From positions 5,952,001 to 6,016,000 of the forward strand of contig NC_092674.1 in NCBI RefSeq assembly GCF_964355755.1: a stretch of 64,000 nucleotides of DNA. Reading direction: 5' to 3'. This stretch comes from Antedon mediterranea. Its lineage: Eukaryota > Animalia > Echinodermata. This document shows, piece by piece, positions 22,667 through 33,659 of the stretch; the stretch's first letter is position 1; each line of letters begins with the position of its first letter. A program made the position numbers and the translations under genes. Below the pieces are notes generated by a model, which made no database searches, was not told where the DNA came from, and was given only the letters and a program-made list of their open reading frames with translations.

Positions 22667-24472
22667 TTAAGTCAGTGTAGGATTCAATTCTTTACTGGCT
22701 TGGTTGATCAATTCTACTGAAGAGAATCGATAATAAGCAGCAAATGGACGAAAAATGATGATAATAATTACCATTGTGTTTCCGAACATAAAATCAAGCG
22801 CATCCGAATAGCATGTTTTAGAGTCCGGATTCACAACTATTTCACTCAGCCAGATAGTGGCATTGGTTATCATTAAATAATTCAAACAACGTCGAATGAC
22901 AACTTTAGCGTCATTATCGATACTCGTAATTCGTCGAATTTTTAGGACGAGCATTGTTTGCAGACTTGTTTGTACTAAGCTAATAACTGCCAGTAAAATT
23001 AGACCGAACTGTCTCGCTATGTTCAGATTAATATCATATTTGTTGATTTTCACCGTTTCTGTGAGATTCTGGAAATCTGCTATCAATTTGCCAGTTGCAG
23101 AAACACCGTCACAGCAGTTCAACACAAATACACCGATTAGGCAGAACAGAAGAAGTGATTCGCTTCTGTTTAGAGACTTTATTAATAATTGTCGATTGTT
23201 AAGGTATCTTTTGCAAAGTATTGTAGCAATGATCATTGAAGATGAGTAAACCGATAGAGTAAATATCAGTATGGAACTAAATATATCATATTGAATAAGT
23301 GTATAAAATTCTGTCATACCTATAATAAAAACAGATGGTAGTAAGATAAATACTGTCAATGCTATCCATTGACAGCAGTTATAGTTAATCTTGTTTGTTG
23401 TGCGATCTTCTGACATACCGGTGCTCGTGCGAACTGTTCTGCAGCGCCTTCTAACGTGATCTCTGTTGCCGTAATTGGTGGTTGTAGTTCCGTATGCACT
23501 TCCTACCATTCTTGTGCGTGTGGCTGTATTTCTGTCTTTGGGATGCAAACTCATCCAATAGTGCAGCAGAATGCTCGCACCCACAATATTATACTCTTTC
23601 GAAAATGGTTGAAGACTGCTCAAGAATGTACGTAGAGGAGTTTTAATTTGATCGTAGCACAGTAAGACCTTATCATTTTTAGACACATTTACTGGATGCA
23701 AGTCAATCTGTGGCCAATCCAGTTCCTGATATTCATCTGGTATTCCACTTACAGCGAGACTTTCCTTCCCAACACTATCCATCCAGCTGAGAATATTCGA
23801 AGACATCGTAAAGATAAATGCATATTGGAGAAAAGTACAGTTTTTGAAGGAAGCGCCTTTGAAACCTCTGAAGAACGCCATTTGAACGCAAGTGAAAAAT
23901 ACTTGGAAAAAGTTGTGCACTACATACACACTCTGTCGATATTTATCTATACCTCTATATAGTAAAGGGACACATATTCCAATAAGTACAATGTACGTTA
24001 CTGATAGAATGATGTTCAAGGTACCAAAGACATAAACGCCGACTATAGGTTCAGAAACATTTTGTGATTTTATCTCTTCCTCTTCTTCTAAAAGTGATTG
24101 ACGTTCATCACTAGGTAGCAACTGTCTCTGAGGATATCTAATAAAGTCAAGCTCTTGCCATGATCTTCTCTTTCGCAGAATGTACATCATTATTATCATG
24201 GAAATCGAATGGATAATGATGACAACCCAATCCAAAATGTCCCCATGAACAATATAGCGTTCATTACTATAGTAAGCAAACAACAAACCAATGTGAAATG
24301 AAATTAAGCAGAACAACACAATCATTGACGATAAACGGCCATCCTGAATAAAACTGCTTGTACCATTAGGAATATTTTGATCGTCCGACTTTCCATCCAC
24401 ACACGAAGAGCTTTTTTGAGGTTCTAATTTTATTTCTGCATTTGATGTCATTGCATTGTAAGAACAAGACAT
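22667..24472 (-). CDS. Otopetrin-like 12-TM protein (copy H), intronless, 601 aa
   Basis: Uninterrupted ORF with OTOP motifs. The last residues are altered by an 8-bp deletion. Confidence 0.86.
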   Translation of the reverse strand: MSCSYNAMTSNAEIKLEPQKSSSCVDGKSDDQNIPNGTSSFIQDGRLSSMIVLFCLISFHIGLLFAYYSNERYIVHGDILDWVVIIIHSISMIIMMYILRKRRSWQELDFIRYPQRQLLPSDERQSLLEEEEEIKSQNVSEPIVGVYVFGTLNIILSVTYIVLIGICVPLLYRGIDKYRQSVYVVHNFFQVFFTCVQMAFFRGFKGASFKNCTFLQYAFIFTMSSNILSWMDSVGKESLAVSGIPDEYQELDWPQIDLHPVNVSKNDKVLLCYDQIKTPLRTFLSSLQPFSKEYNIVGASILLHYWMSLHPKDRNTATRTRMVGSAYGTTTTNYGNRDHVRRRCRTVRTSTGMSEDRTTNKINYNCCQWIALTVFILLPSVFIIGMTEFYTLIQYDIFSSILIFTLSVYSSSMIIATILCKRYLNNRQLLIKSLNRSESLLLFCLIGVFVLNCCDGVSATGKLIADFQNLTETVKINKYDINLNIARQFGLILLAVISLVQTSLQTMLVLKIRRITSIDNDAKVVIRRCLNYLMITNATIWLSEIVVNPDSKTCYSDALDFMFGNTMVIIIIIFRPFAAYYRFSSVELINQASKELNPTLT

Positions 24473-25572
24473 AGTTTTCCAATCCTACAATAGTCGATTA
24501 CTATCCTTTAATGTGATCCTTGCACAGCCGAATCAACTGAACTGAACTAATTCCGTAAAAAGTGAAAATTTGTTTCTTATTCTGATCTTATAGATAAGAA
24601 TAATAATTGTGATTATATCGTAAAATATTATTAACTTTCGGTCGTATTGCATCTATTAGGTAAACTTGGCAAAGATTCTGATTTCTATGCGACATCTCAG
24701 AACGCTACTTTCGTGTGAAGAATGTTTGATGGATTACACTCACGCTTGGTCAATAGAACCGGTGGTAACGCTCATGTCCGAGTATAAACCTCCTTCGTAG
24801 ACATATGGTGTTCATCGATTTCGGCCAAACGTAACATGGTTGGTGAAACGACAGAAAATGTTATTGGTATCTGTACAAATATACTTTTAATATAATTCTC
24901 TATCTCTGGTCGTCTCTTCGAGTTCAAAAGTATTTGTTGATTGTGAAACGTATCTCAATTGACTAGTTGCAGGCCTAACTCATTATTGAATTAGCGCCAT
25001 TTTGTTTAACTTCCTTAAAAAACAAAACAAAGCGAATCTATTTCAAATTCAAGAATCGTAACATTTATTTAATCAAAAACTACTGTACTTTAACAATTTA
25101 TGGAAAGAGAATTTTCTGTTTTACGAAAACAGTTTAATTGTTTTTAAAATGTAAAAACTACTTTATCACAAAACTAAAAATATTAACAGGCTTTCTGTTT
25201 GTTTAAAAATGTTCTGTCTAGATAGAGAGATAAGAGTTAATTAACAAAATTGTGAAAGTATGGAACGCTATAGATTGGTCAAATTGAAGCAAATTTGCAA
25301 GCGAAAGCAAAAAATATATAATATACAATTACAATTCGTATCATTTCAGAAACACTATTTATACAATATATTTAAACATAAATCAGTTTTGATTGACAAA
25401 GGTCAACGTTCTCTTATTTTCTTTCAAGTTCTTGCAGGAATTCGTAATCAAAATTTTTTTCAAAAAATTACAATCAAAATTAAAAGCAATAATTAATTAA
25501 GTCCTCTGGATTGTTTAGAACAGCAGAGTTTATACTTAATGGATTATTCAATGAGTATTACCTGTAGGTTAG

Positions 25573-27489
25573 TCAATTCTTCAAAGATTGACTAGCTTGG
25601 TTGATCAATTCTACTGAAGAGAATCGATAATATGCAGTAAGTGGACGGAAAATGATGATAATAATTACCATTGTGTTTCCGAACAAACTCATACGTATCC
25701 GAATAGCATGTGTTGGAGTCCGGATTCACAACTATATCACTCAGCCAGATAGTGCCATTGGTTATCATTAAATAATTCAAACAACGACGAATGATAACTT
25801 TAGCGTCATTATCGATACTCGTAATTCGTCGAATGTTTATGATGAGCATAGTTTGCAGACTTGTTTGTACTAAGCTTACAACTGCTAATAAAGTGAGACC
25901 GACTTGTCTGGCTATGCTATGATTATTATCCTTTTTGTTGATTCCCGCCGTTTCTGTGAGATTCTGGAAATCTGTTATCAATTTGCCAGTTGCAGAAACA
26001 GCGTCGCAGCAGATCAACACAAATAAACCGATGAGGCAGAACAGAAGAAGTCATTCACTTCTGTTCAAAGATTTACACAATCGTTGTTGAGTTTGATTAA
26101 AGTACTTATTGGCAAAACTACAGCAATAATCATGGTAGATTTGTAAATCAACAGCGCAAATACTTGTATGGTACCAAATATATCATATTGGATAAAGGTA
26201 TACAATTCTGTCATACCTATAATAAAAACAGATGGTAGTAAAATAAATACTGCCAATGCTATCCATTGACAGCAGTTATAGTTAGTATTGTTTGTTGTGC
26301 GTTCGTTTACTCTATAATCTGGAATAGTAGTACGTGTTCTGCACCGCCTTCTAACGCTGTTGTCATTGTAATTGGTGGTTGTAGTTCCGTCCATCCTTGT
26401 GCGTGTGGCTGTATTTCTGTCTTCGGGATGCAAACTCAACCAATAGTTCAGCAGAATACTTACACCCACAATATTATACTCTTTCGGAAATGGTTGAAGA
26501 CTGCTCAAGAATGTACGTAAAGGAGTTTGAATTTGGTCGTCGCACCATATGTTATTTGACATATTCACTGGCAGCCAGTCTATTTCTTGGTACTTAGCTG
26601 GCATACCGCTTACAGCAAGACTTTCCTTTCCAATACTATCCATCAAGCTGAGAATATTCGAAGACATCGTAAAGAGGAATGCATATTGGAAAACAGAGCA
26701 GTTTTTAAAGGAGGCCCCTTTAAAACATCTGAAGAAAGCCATCTGAATACAAGTGAAAGACACTTGTAAGTAATTGTATATAATATATACACTCTTTTGA
26801 TATTTTTCTTTATCAATAGTTAATAAAGAAACACACATTCCAATAAGTACAATATACGTAATCGATAGAACAATATTTAACGCACCAAAGACGTAAACGC
26901 CGACAAGAGGTTCGTGGACGTTTTCGGACTTCCTTTGACAATCTTCTAAAAGGAGTAGTTGACGTTCATCACTTGCTAACGACTTTCTTTGAGGATATCT
27001 AATCCAGTCAATTTCTTGCCATGATTTCTTCTTTCGCAGAATGTATATCATCATCATCATAGAAATTGAGTGAATAATGATAACAATCCAATTTAAAATG
27101 TCACCATGGAGAATATAGCGTCCGCTACTGTAGAAAGCAAACATAAAAGCAGTGTAAAATGAAATTAAGCAGACAAACACAATCATTGACGATAAACGGC
27201 CATCCTGGGCGAAACTGCTTGTATCAGTAGAATTGCTTTGATCACCCAATTGTTCACTTTCATCCCCACACAAATTTTGAGGTTCTTCATCTATTTCCGC
27301 AATTGTTATCATTTCCTCTTCAGACGAAGAATTTATATTATCTTTTTCTAGCTGTCTTTCCACACAAGACCCGTCAATATCTATTGAGTGTCCATCCTCA
27401 AAAGACATGTTAGATTGCTGCTTCTTTTCCACAACAGACAAGTGTTCACTTCCATTTTCTGTTGCCTTTCCATTTCCAAGTGAAGACAT
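25573..27489 (-). pseudogene. Otopetrin-like pseudogene (copy I)
   Basis: Full-length homology to the intact copies, but versus copy J it has a 1-nt deletion near 26113, TCA>TGA at 26051-26053 and a 2-nt deletion near 25685. Confidence 0.85.
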
Positions 27490-27772
27490 TATTATTCTTA
27501 TTCTTCTCAATCTACACCATACAACTGACACTGTAATTATTTCCTGTAGTTTGAAACTAGTACAGTATTGTACATTATTTGTATAAGGGTATGAATACAA
27601 TCCGTCCCAATACTATGCGTTTTAGTGTATACAGTGTGGGTATGCCCCGAAGAATGGATATAATAAGGTTATTTCCCAATTTCATCATTAGATCTTTCAT
27701 TGATTGATTTAATGTTACGGTTGATTGAATTTTCGAGTTTTCGTTTCCAATCATTACAGTAAGACCTTACCG

Positions 27773-28372
27773 TTTTTAGTCGCGTGCAACGCGACTCTAC
27801 AGCTCACTATGTCGGTCGGTTGGTTGGTCGGTCGGTAAACACTAACTTGTATATGACCTTATCTTGATATCAGTTTAATCTAGCTAAGTCAATTTTTCAC
27901 AGTATATTCTTTATGGCAAGGAATCGATGTGGTTATGTTTTCACGGTGCGCAATACAAAATTACGCGGGCTACGCACGCTTTAACGAAATCACGTTTGTA
28001 ATCATATCTACACAAGCATGAATCAAAATTAAATAAAATTTGGTACTCATACACATTTTCGATAAAATAAAAGTACGTTTCAGGCAATTTTAAGCGTTAA
28101 AAAAATTGTCACGAGTGCGCAGATTTTTGCACGCGAACTACGCGTTAAATGTTAATACGCACTCTTTTTGCCCGATTTCTGTTTTCTTGACTTACTTTTC
28201 AACTCGAAATTACGTTATACGACGAGAACGTCAAAAGTGATAGGCTACGCACGTGTAAATTAAAATAATATAAATGTTTTTACATTTTTTAACATGTTCA
28301 GCAATTTCGGTCGGTTGGTCGGAGTAAACACTAACTTGAGCACGCGACTGCAGCCATCTATATGGCCTTGTT
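27773..28372 (+). mobile_element. Helentron/DINE-1-like non-autonomous element (HINE)
   Basis: Starts in a T run with a 5' palindrome AGTCGCGTGCAACGCGACT, then (GGTY)n microsatellite. The 3' subterminal inverted repeat GCACGCGACT is followed by the small hairpin GCCATCTATATGGC and CTTGTT. Confidence 0.68.
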
Positions 28373-28375
28373 AGG

Positions 28376-28489
28376 TGACACATTTATTGGATGCAAGTCA
28401 ACCTGTGGCCAATCCAGTTCCTGATATTCCGGTGGTATTCCACTTACAGCAAGACTTTCTTTTCCGACACTATCCATCAAGCTGAGAAT
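28376..28489 (-). pseudogene. Otopetrin-like internal relic (TM5 to L5-6 loop)
   Basis: About 115 bp encoding ILSLMDSVGKESLAVSGIPPEYQELDWPQVDLHPINVS, fused directly to the upstream region typical of MSCSY-type copies. Confidence 0.75.
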
Positions 28490-29562
28490 CCTACTAGTCG
28501 ACGATTACTATCCGTCAATGTGATCTTTGCACAGCCGAATTAGGCCTAATGTGTACTAAACTAATTTCGTAAAAAGCGAAAATTTGTTTCTTATTCTGAT
28601 GATGATTCACTTTCGGTCGTATTGTATCATCTACTGTATTAGGTAAACTTAGCATATATTCTGATTTCTATGCGATATCTCAGAGCGCTACTTTCATGTG
28701 AAGAATGTTTGATGGATTACACTCACGCTTGGTCAATAGAACCGGTGGTAATGCTCATGTCCGAGTATAAACCTCTTCGTAGACATATGGTGTTCATCGA
28801 TTTCGGCCAAACTTAACATGGTTGGTGAAACGACAGAAAATGTTATTGGTATCTGTACAAATATACTTTTAATATAATTCTCTATCTCTGGTCGTCTGTT
28901 CGAGTTAAAGAGCATTTGTTGATAGTGAAACGTATCTTAATTGACTAGTTGCAGGCCTAACTCATTGTTGTGTTTAGCGCCACTTTTTTAACTTCCTTAA
29001 AAACAAAACAAAGCGAATCTATTTCAAATTCAAGAAACATAACATTTATTTAATCAAAAACTACTGTACTTTAACAATTTATGTGAAAAGAATTTTTTGT
29101 TTTACGAAAGCGGTTTAATTTTTTATAAAATTTTAAAACTACATTATCACAAAACTAAAAAAAAAATTAACAGGCTTTCTGTCTTATTTAAAAATGTTCT
29201 GTGGAGATAGAGAGTATTGTTAATTAACAAAATTGTGAAAGTGTGGAACGCTACAGATTGGTCAAATTGAAGCGAATTTGCAAGCGACATCGAAAAATAT
29301 ATAATATATAATTACAATTCATATCAAAATCCCTTCATAAACACTATTTATACAATATATTTAAACATAAATCAGTTTTGATTGACAAAGTCCAATATGT
29401 TCTTATTTTCTTTCAAGATCTTGCAGAAATCCGTAATCAAAATTGTTTTCAAAAAAATTACTATCAAAATTAAAAGCAATTATTAATTAAGTCCTCTGGA
29501 TTGCATAGAACAGCAGAGTTTATACTTAATGGATTATTCAATGAGTCTTACATGGAGGTTAG

Positions 29563-31374
29563 TCAATTCTTCAAAGATTGACTAGCTTGGTTGATCAATT
29601 CTACTGAAGAGAATCGATAATATGCAGTAAGTGGACGAAAAATGATGATAATAATTACCATTGTGTTTCCAAACATAAACTCGTACGTATCCGAATAGCA
29701 TGTGTTGGAGTCCGGATTCACAACTATATCACTAAGCCAGATAGTGGCATTGGTTATCATTAAATAATTCAAACAACGACGAATGATAACTTTAGCGTCA
29801 TTATCGATACTCGTAATTCGTCGAATGTTTATGATGAGCATTGTTTGCAGACTTGTTTGTACTAAGCTTACAACTGCCAATAAAATGAGACCGACTTGTC
29901 TTGCTATGCTATCATTAATATCATATTTGTTGATTCCCGCCGTTTCTGTGAGATTCTGGAAATCTGTTATCAATTTTCCAGTTGCAGAAACACCGTCACA
30001 GCAGCTCAACACAAATAAACCGATGAGGCAGAACAGAAGAAGTGATTCGCTTCTGTTCAAAGATTTACAAAATCGTTGTTGAGTTTGATTAAAGTACTTA
30101 TTGGTAAAAAATACAGCAATAATCATGGTAGATTTGTAAATCAACAGCGCAAATACTAGTATGGTACCAAATATTTCATATTGGATAAAGGTATACAATT
30201 CTGTCATACCTATAATAAAAACAGATGGTAGTAAGATAAATACTGTCAATGCTATCCATTGACAGCAGTTATAGTTAATCTTGCTTGCTGTGCGTTCTTC
30301 TGGCATACCGGTGCTCGTGCGAACTGTTCTGCAGCGCCTTCTAACTTGATTTCTGTTGTCGTAGTTGATGGTTGTAGTTCCGTACGTATGCCTACTTTCT
30401 ACCATCCGTGTGCGTGTCGATGCACTGTCTTTGGGATGCAAACTCATCCAATAGTGCAGCAGAATACTCGCACCTAAAATATTATACTCTTTCGGAAATG
30501 GTTGAAGACTGCTCAAGAATGTACGTAGAGGAGTTTGAATTTGATCGTAGCACAGTAAGACCTTATCGTTTTTAGTTGACACATTTACTGGATGCAAGTC
30601 AATCTGTGGCCAATCCAGTTCTTGATATTCAGCTGGTAATCCACTTACAGCAAGACTTTCCTTCCCAACACTATCCATCCAGCTGAGAATATTCGAAGAC
30701 ATCGTAAAGATAAATGCATATTGGAGAAAAGTACAGTTTTTGAAGGAAGCGCCTTTGAAACCTCTGAAGAACGCCATTTGAACGCAAGTGAAAAATACTT
30801 GGAAAAAGTTGTGCATTATATACACACTCTGTCGATATTTATCTATACCTCTATATAGTAAAGGGACACATATTCCAATAAGTATAATGTACGTTACTGA
30901 TAGAATGATGTTCAAGGTACCAAAGACATAAACGCCAAAAAGAGGCTCAGAGACGTTTTGTGATTTTATCTCTCCCCCTTCTTCTAAAAGAAGTGGTTGA
31001 CGTTCATCACTAGGTAGCCTCTGTCTTTGAGGATATCTAATAAAGTCAAGCTCTTGCCATGATCTCTTCTTTCGCAGAATGTACATCATTATTACCATGG
31101 AAATCGAATGGATAATGATAACAATCCAATCCAAAATGTCCCCATGAATGCTATAGCGTCCGCTACTATAGTAAGCAAAAAGCAAAGCAGTGTAAAATGA
31201 AATTATGCAGAACAAAACAATCATTGACGATAAACGGCCATCTTGGATGAAACTGCTTGTACCATTAGGAATATTTTGACCGACGTCCGACTTTCCATCC
31301 ACACACGAAGAGCTTTTTTGAGGTTCTAATTTTATCTCTGCATCTGATGTCATTGCATTGTAAGAACAAGACAT
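29563..31374 (-). CDS. Otopetrin-like 12-TM protein (copy J), intronless, 603 aa
   Basis: Uninterrupted ORF with OTOP motifs. Confidence 0.88.
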   Translation of the reverse strand: MSCSYNAMTSDAEIKLEPQKSSSCVDGKSDVGQNIPNGTSSFIQDGRLSSMIVLFCIISFYTALLFAYYSSGRYSIHGDILDWIVIIIHSISMVIMMYILRKKRSWQELDFIRYPQRQRLPSDERQPLLLEEGGEIKSQNVSEPLFGVYVFGTLNIILSVTYIILIGICVPLLYRGIDKYRQSVYIMHNFFQVFFTCVQMAFFRGFKGASFKNCTFLQYAFIFTMSSNILSWMDSVGKESLAVSGLPAEYQELDWPQIDLHPVNVSTKNDKVLLCYDQIQTPLRTFLSSLQPFPKEYNILGASILLHYWMSLHPKDSASTRTRMVESRHTYGTTTINYDNRNQVRRRCRTVRTSTGMPEERTASKINYNCCQWIALTVFILLPSVFIIGMTELYTFIQYEIFGTILVFALLIYKSTMIIAVFFTNKYFNQTQQRFCKSLNRSESLLLFCLIGLFVLSCCDGVSATGKLITDFQNLTETAGINKYDINDSIARQVGLILLAVVSLVQTSLQTMLIINIRRITSIDNDAKVIIRRCLNYLMITNATIWLSDIVVNPDSNTCYSDTYEFMFGNTMVIIIIIFRPLTAYYRFSSVELINQASQSLKN

Positions 31375-31682
31375 AGTTTTCCAATCCTACAATAGTCGAT
31401 TACTATCCTTCAATGTGATCCTTGCACAGCCGAATCAATGTGTACGGAACTAATTCCGTAAAAAGGGAAAATTTGTTTCTAGTTCTTATTTAGTTTCAAT
31501 TTCAATAATAATTGTGTTTATATCGTAAAATATTATTTACTTTCGGTCGTATTGTATCATCTTTTTATTAGGTAAACTTAGCATAGATTCTGATTTCTAT
31601 GCGATATTTTAGAACGCTTCCTTCATGTAAAGAATTTTCGATGGATTACACTGGTCTCAAATAATACATCTGAACCTTGTGC

Positions 31683-33659
31683 CTATTCGTGCCCCTTCTT
31701 TAAAGTTTTATTGGCGTGATAGAGTAAATCGACTGAAGTGAACCGATAATATGCAGCAAGTGGAAAGAATATAATGTTAATAATGATAATGGACTTTCCG
31801 AACATTAAATCATTTGTATCGGAAGAGTACATTTTAGAATCAGGGGATACGAAAATATCACTCAGCCAGTGAGTGGCATTAGCTATCATTAAATAAATAA
31901 AACAACGATGAATGATAACTTTAGCGTCATTATCGACACTTACGGTTCTTCGAGTTTTCAGGATGAGTATTGTTTGCATACTTGACTGTACTATGTTTAT
32001 TACTATCATTAAAATAAGACCGATCTGTTTGGTTAGGTTGTAACTAATTGCAGATGAATCGATTTTTTCCGTATTTGTGAGATTCTTAAAATCTTCTATC
32101 AAGTTACCAGTTGCCGATACACCATTACAACAGCTTAACACAAATACACCGATTAGGCAAAACAGAAGAAGCATTTCGCTTCTGTTTAGCGATTTACAGA
32201 ATTCTTGTCGATTTTTATCAAGGTACTTATTTCCAAGTATTATAGCAATGATCATTGTAGCTTTGTAAAATGCTAGAGTATATATTTGTAAGACACCAAC
32301 AATATTATGTTGGATTAGAGTTAGGAACTCTGTCGTACATATCATAAATATCATAAATGCAGATAGCAGTAAGATAGATATTAGCAACACGATCCATAAA
32401 CAACGACTGCAGTTAATCTTGCCTGATTTACGTTCCATAGACTGCAACGTCACGTGATTGTTTATGTTTTCGTTAGGAATAGATGTCCGTATGCAGCGCC
32501 TTCTTACGCGATCTCTGTCATTGATGTTAGCGTTGGTATTTATAGTACCACCATTTGGCATATTCCCATGTGTACGCATAGCGACATTACTATCACTCGA
32601 CTGCAAACTCGTCCAGAAGTGTAGAAGAATACTAACAGCCAAAATATTGTACTCTTTTGAAAATGGCTGGAAAATACTCAAGAACGTCTGTAAAGGATTT
32701 TGTATCAAGAGTTGATTGTAGCACCAGACAACTTCATCTTTGCTGTTTGATGAATTTGCTGATTGTAAATCAATCAATCGCCAATCCAATTCTTGATATT
32801 CTGCTTTTATCCCAAGCACAGCACAACTTTCCTTTGTAATGCTTTCCATCCAGCTTAGGATGTTCGCAGACATGGTTAAGATGAATGCATATTGGAACAA
32901 AGAACAGTTCTTGAAGGAGGCACATTTGAAACATCTAAAGAACGCCACTTGAGCAATTGTAAAAAACACTTGCAAACAGTTAGATGTTATGAAAACAATG
33001 ATACGGTATTTATCAGTGCGGCTAGTTAATAAAGGGACACATCTTCCAATAACTGTAATATACATCATTGACAAAATAATGTTAAAAATTCCAAAGATAT
33101 AAACACCGATAAGAGGTTCAGAAGCGGTTCGAGAGTGTACATCTTCAGACTCCAAAAGAAGAGGTCGAAGTTCATCGTTCGAGAACAAACAAGTTTGCGG
33201 ACTTTTAATAATGCCTAACCATTGCCATGATTTCTTCTTTCGCAGAATGTACATCATTATTATCATGGAAATCGAATGGATAATGATAACAATCCAATCC
33301 AAAATGTCACTATGCACAGCATAGCGTCCGCTACTGTAGAACGCAAATAGAAAAGCAATGTAAAATGAAATTAAGCAGAAAAACACAATCATTGACGAAA
33401 CACGACCATCTTCAACGAATCTACTATTATTCTGCATGTTTTCAAATGTAGAAAATGCTGCTTTTTCTCTTTCCATTTGGATACTGCTTGCATCGTCTGT
33501 GTCTCTTCCATTCAACGAAGACACGGTTTCTGGATCTCTGTCCACCACTGTTGACACTTCGTTTCCATTTTCCTGGTGCCTTTCCATATCATCAGACCCG
33601 TATTCACGTTTGTTTTTATTCTCTGTTGTCAATTCATTCGTAAAAGAAGACATTTTCAT
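31683..33659 (-). CDS. Otopetrin-like 12-TM protein (copy K, most divergent), intronless, 658 aa
   Basis: Uninterrupted ORF with QPFSKEYN..HFW, NATHW and PLAAYYRFT. The true start may be the second Met (MSSF, 33653). Confidence 0.87.
   Translation of the reverse strand: MKMSSFTNELTTENKNKREYGSDDMERHQENGNEVSTVVDRDPETVSSLNGRDTDDASSIQMEREKAAFSTFENMQNNSRFVEDGRVSSMIVFFCLISFYIAFLFAFYSSGRYAVHSDILDWIVIIIHSISMIIMMYILRKKKSWQWLGIIKSPQTCLFSNDELRPLLLESEDVHSRTASEPLIGVYIFGIFNIILSMMYITVIGRCVPLLTSRTDKYRIIVFITSNCLQVFFTIAQVAFFRCFKCASFKNCSLFQYAFILTMSANILSWMESITKESCAVLGIKAEYQELDWRLIDLQSANSSNSKDEVVWCYNQLLIQNPLQTFLSIFQPFSKEYNILAVSILLHFWTSLQSSDSNVAMRTHGNMPNGGTINTNANINDRDRVRRRCIRTSIPNENINNHVTLQSMERKSGKINCSRCLWIVLLISILLLSAFMIFMICTTEFLTLIQHNIVGVLQIYTLAFYKATMIIAIILGNKYLDKNRQEFCKSLNRSEMLLLFCLIGVFVLSCCNGVSATGNLIEDFKNLTNTEKIDSSAISYNLTKQIGLILMIVINIVQSSMQTILILKTRRTVSVDNDAKVIIHRCFIYLMIANATHWLSDIFVSPDSKMYSSDTNDLMFGKSIIIINIIFFPLAAYYRFTSVDLLYHANKTLKKGHE

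Noticed and set aside
3389-33659. GPCR or other chemoreceptor identity for the multi-TM ORFs
   Set aside because: They have about 12 hydrophobic segments with otopetrin motifs in the correct order and no DRY/NPxxY-type signatures.
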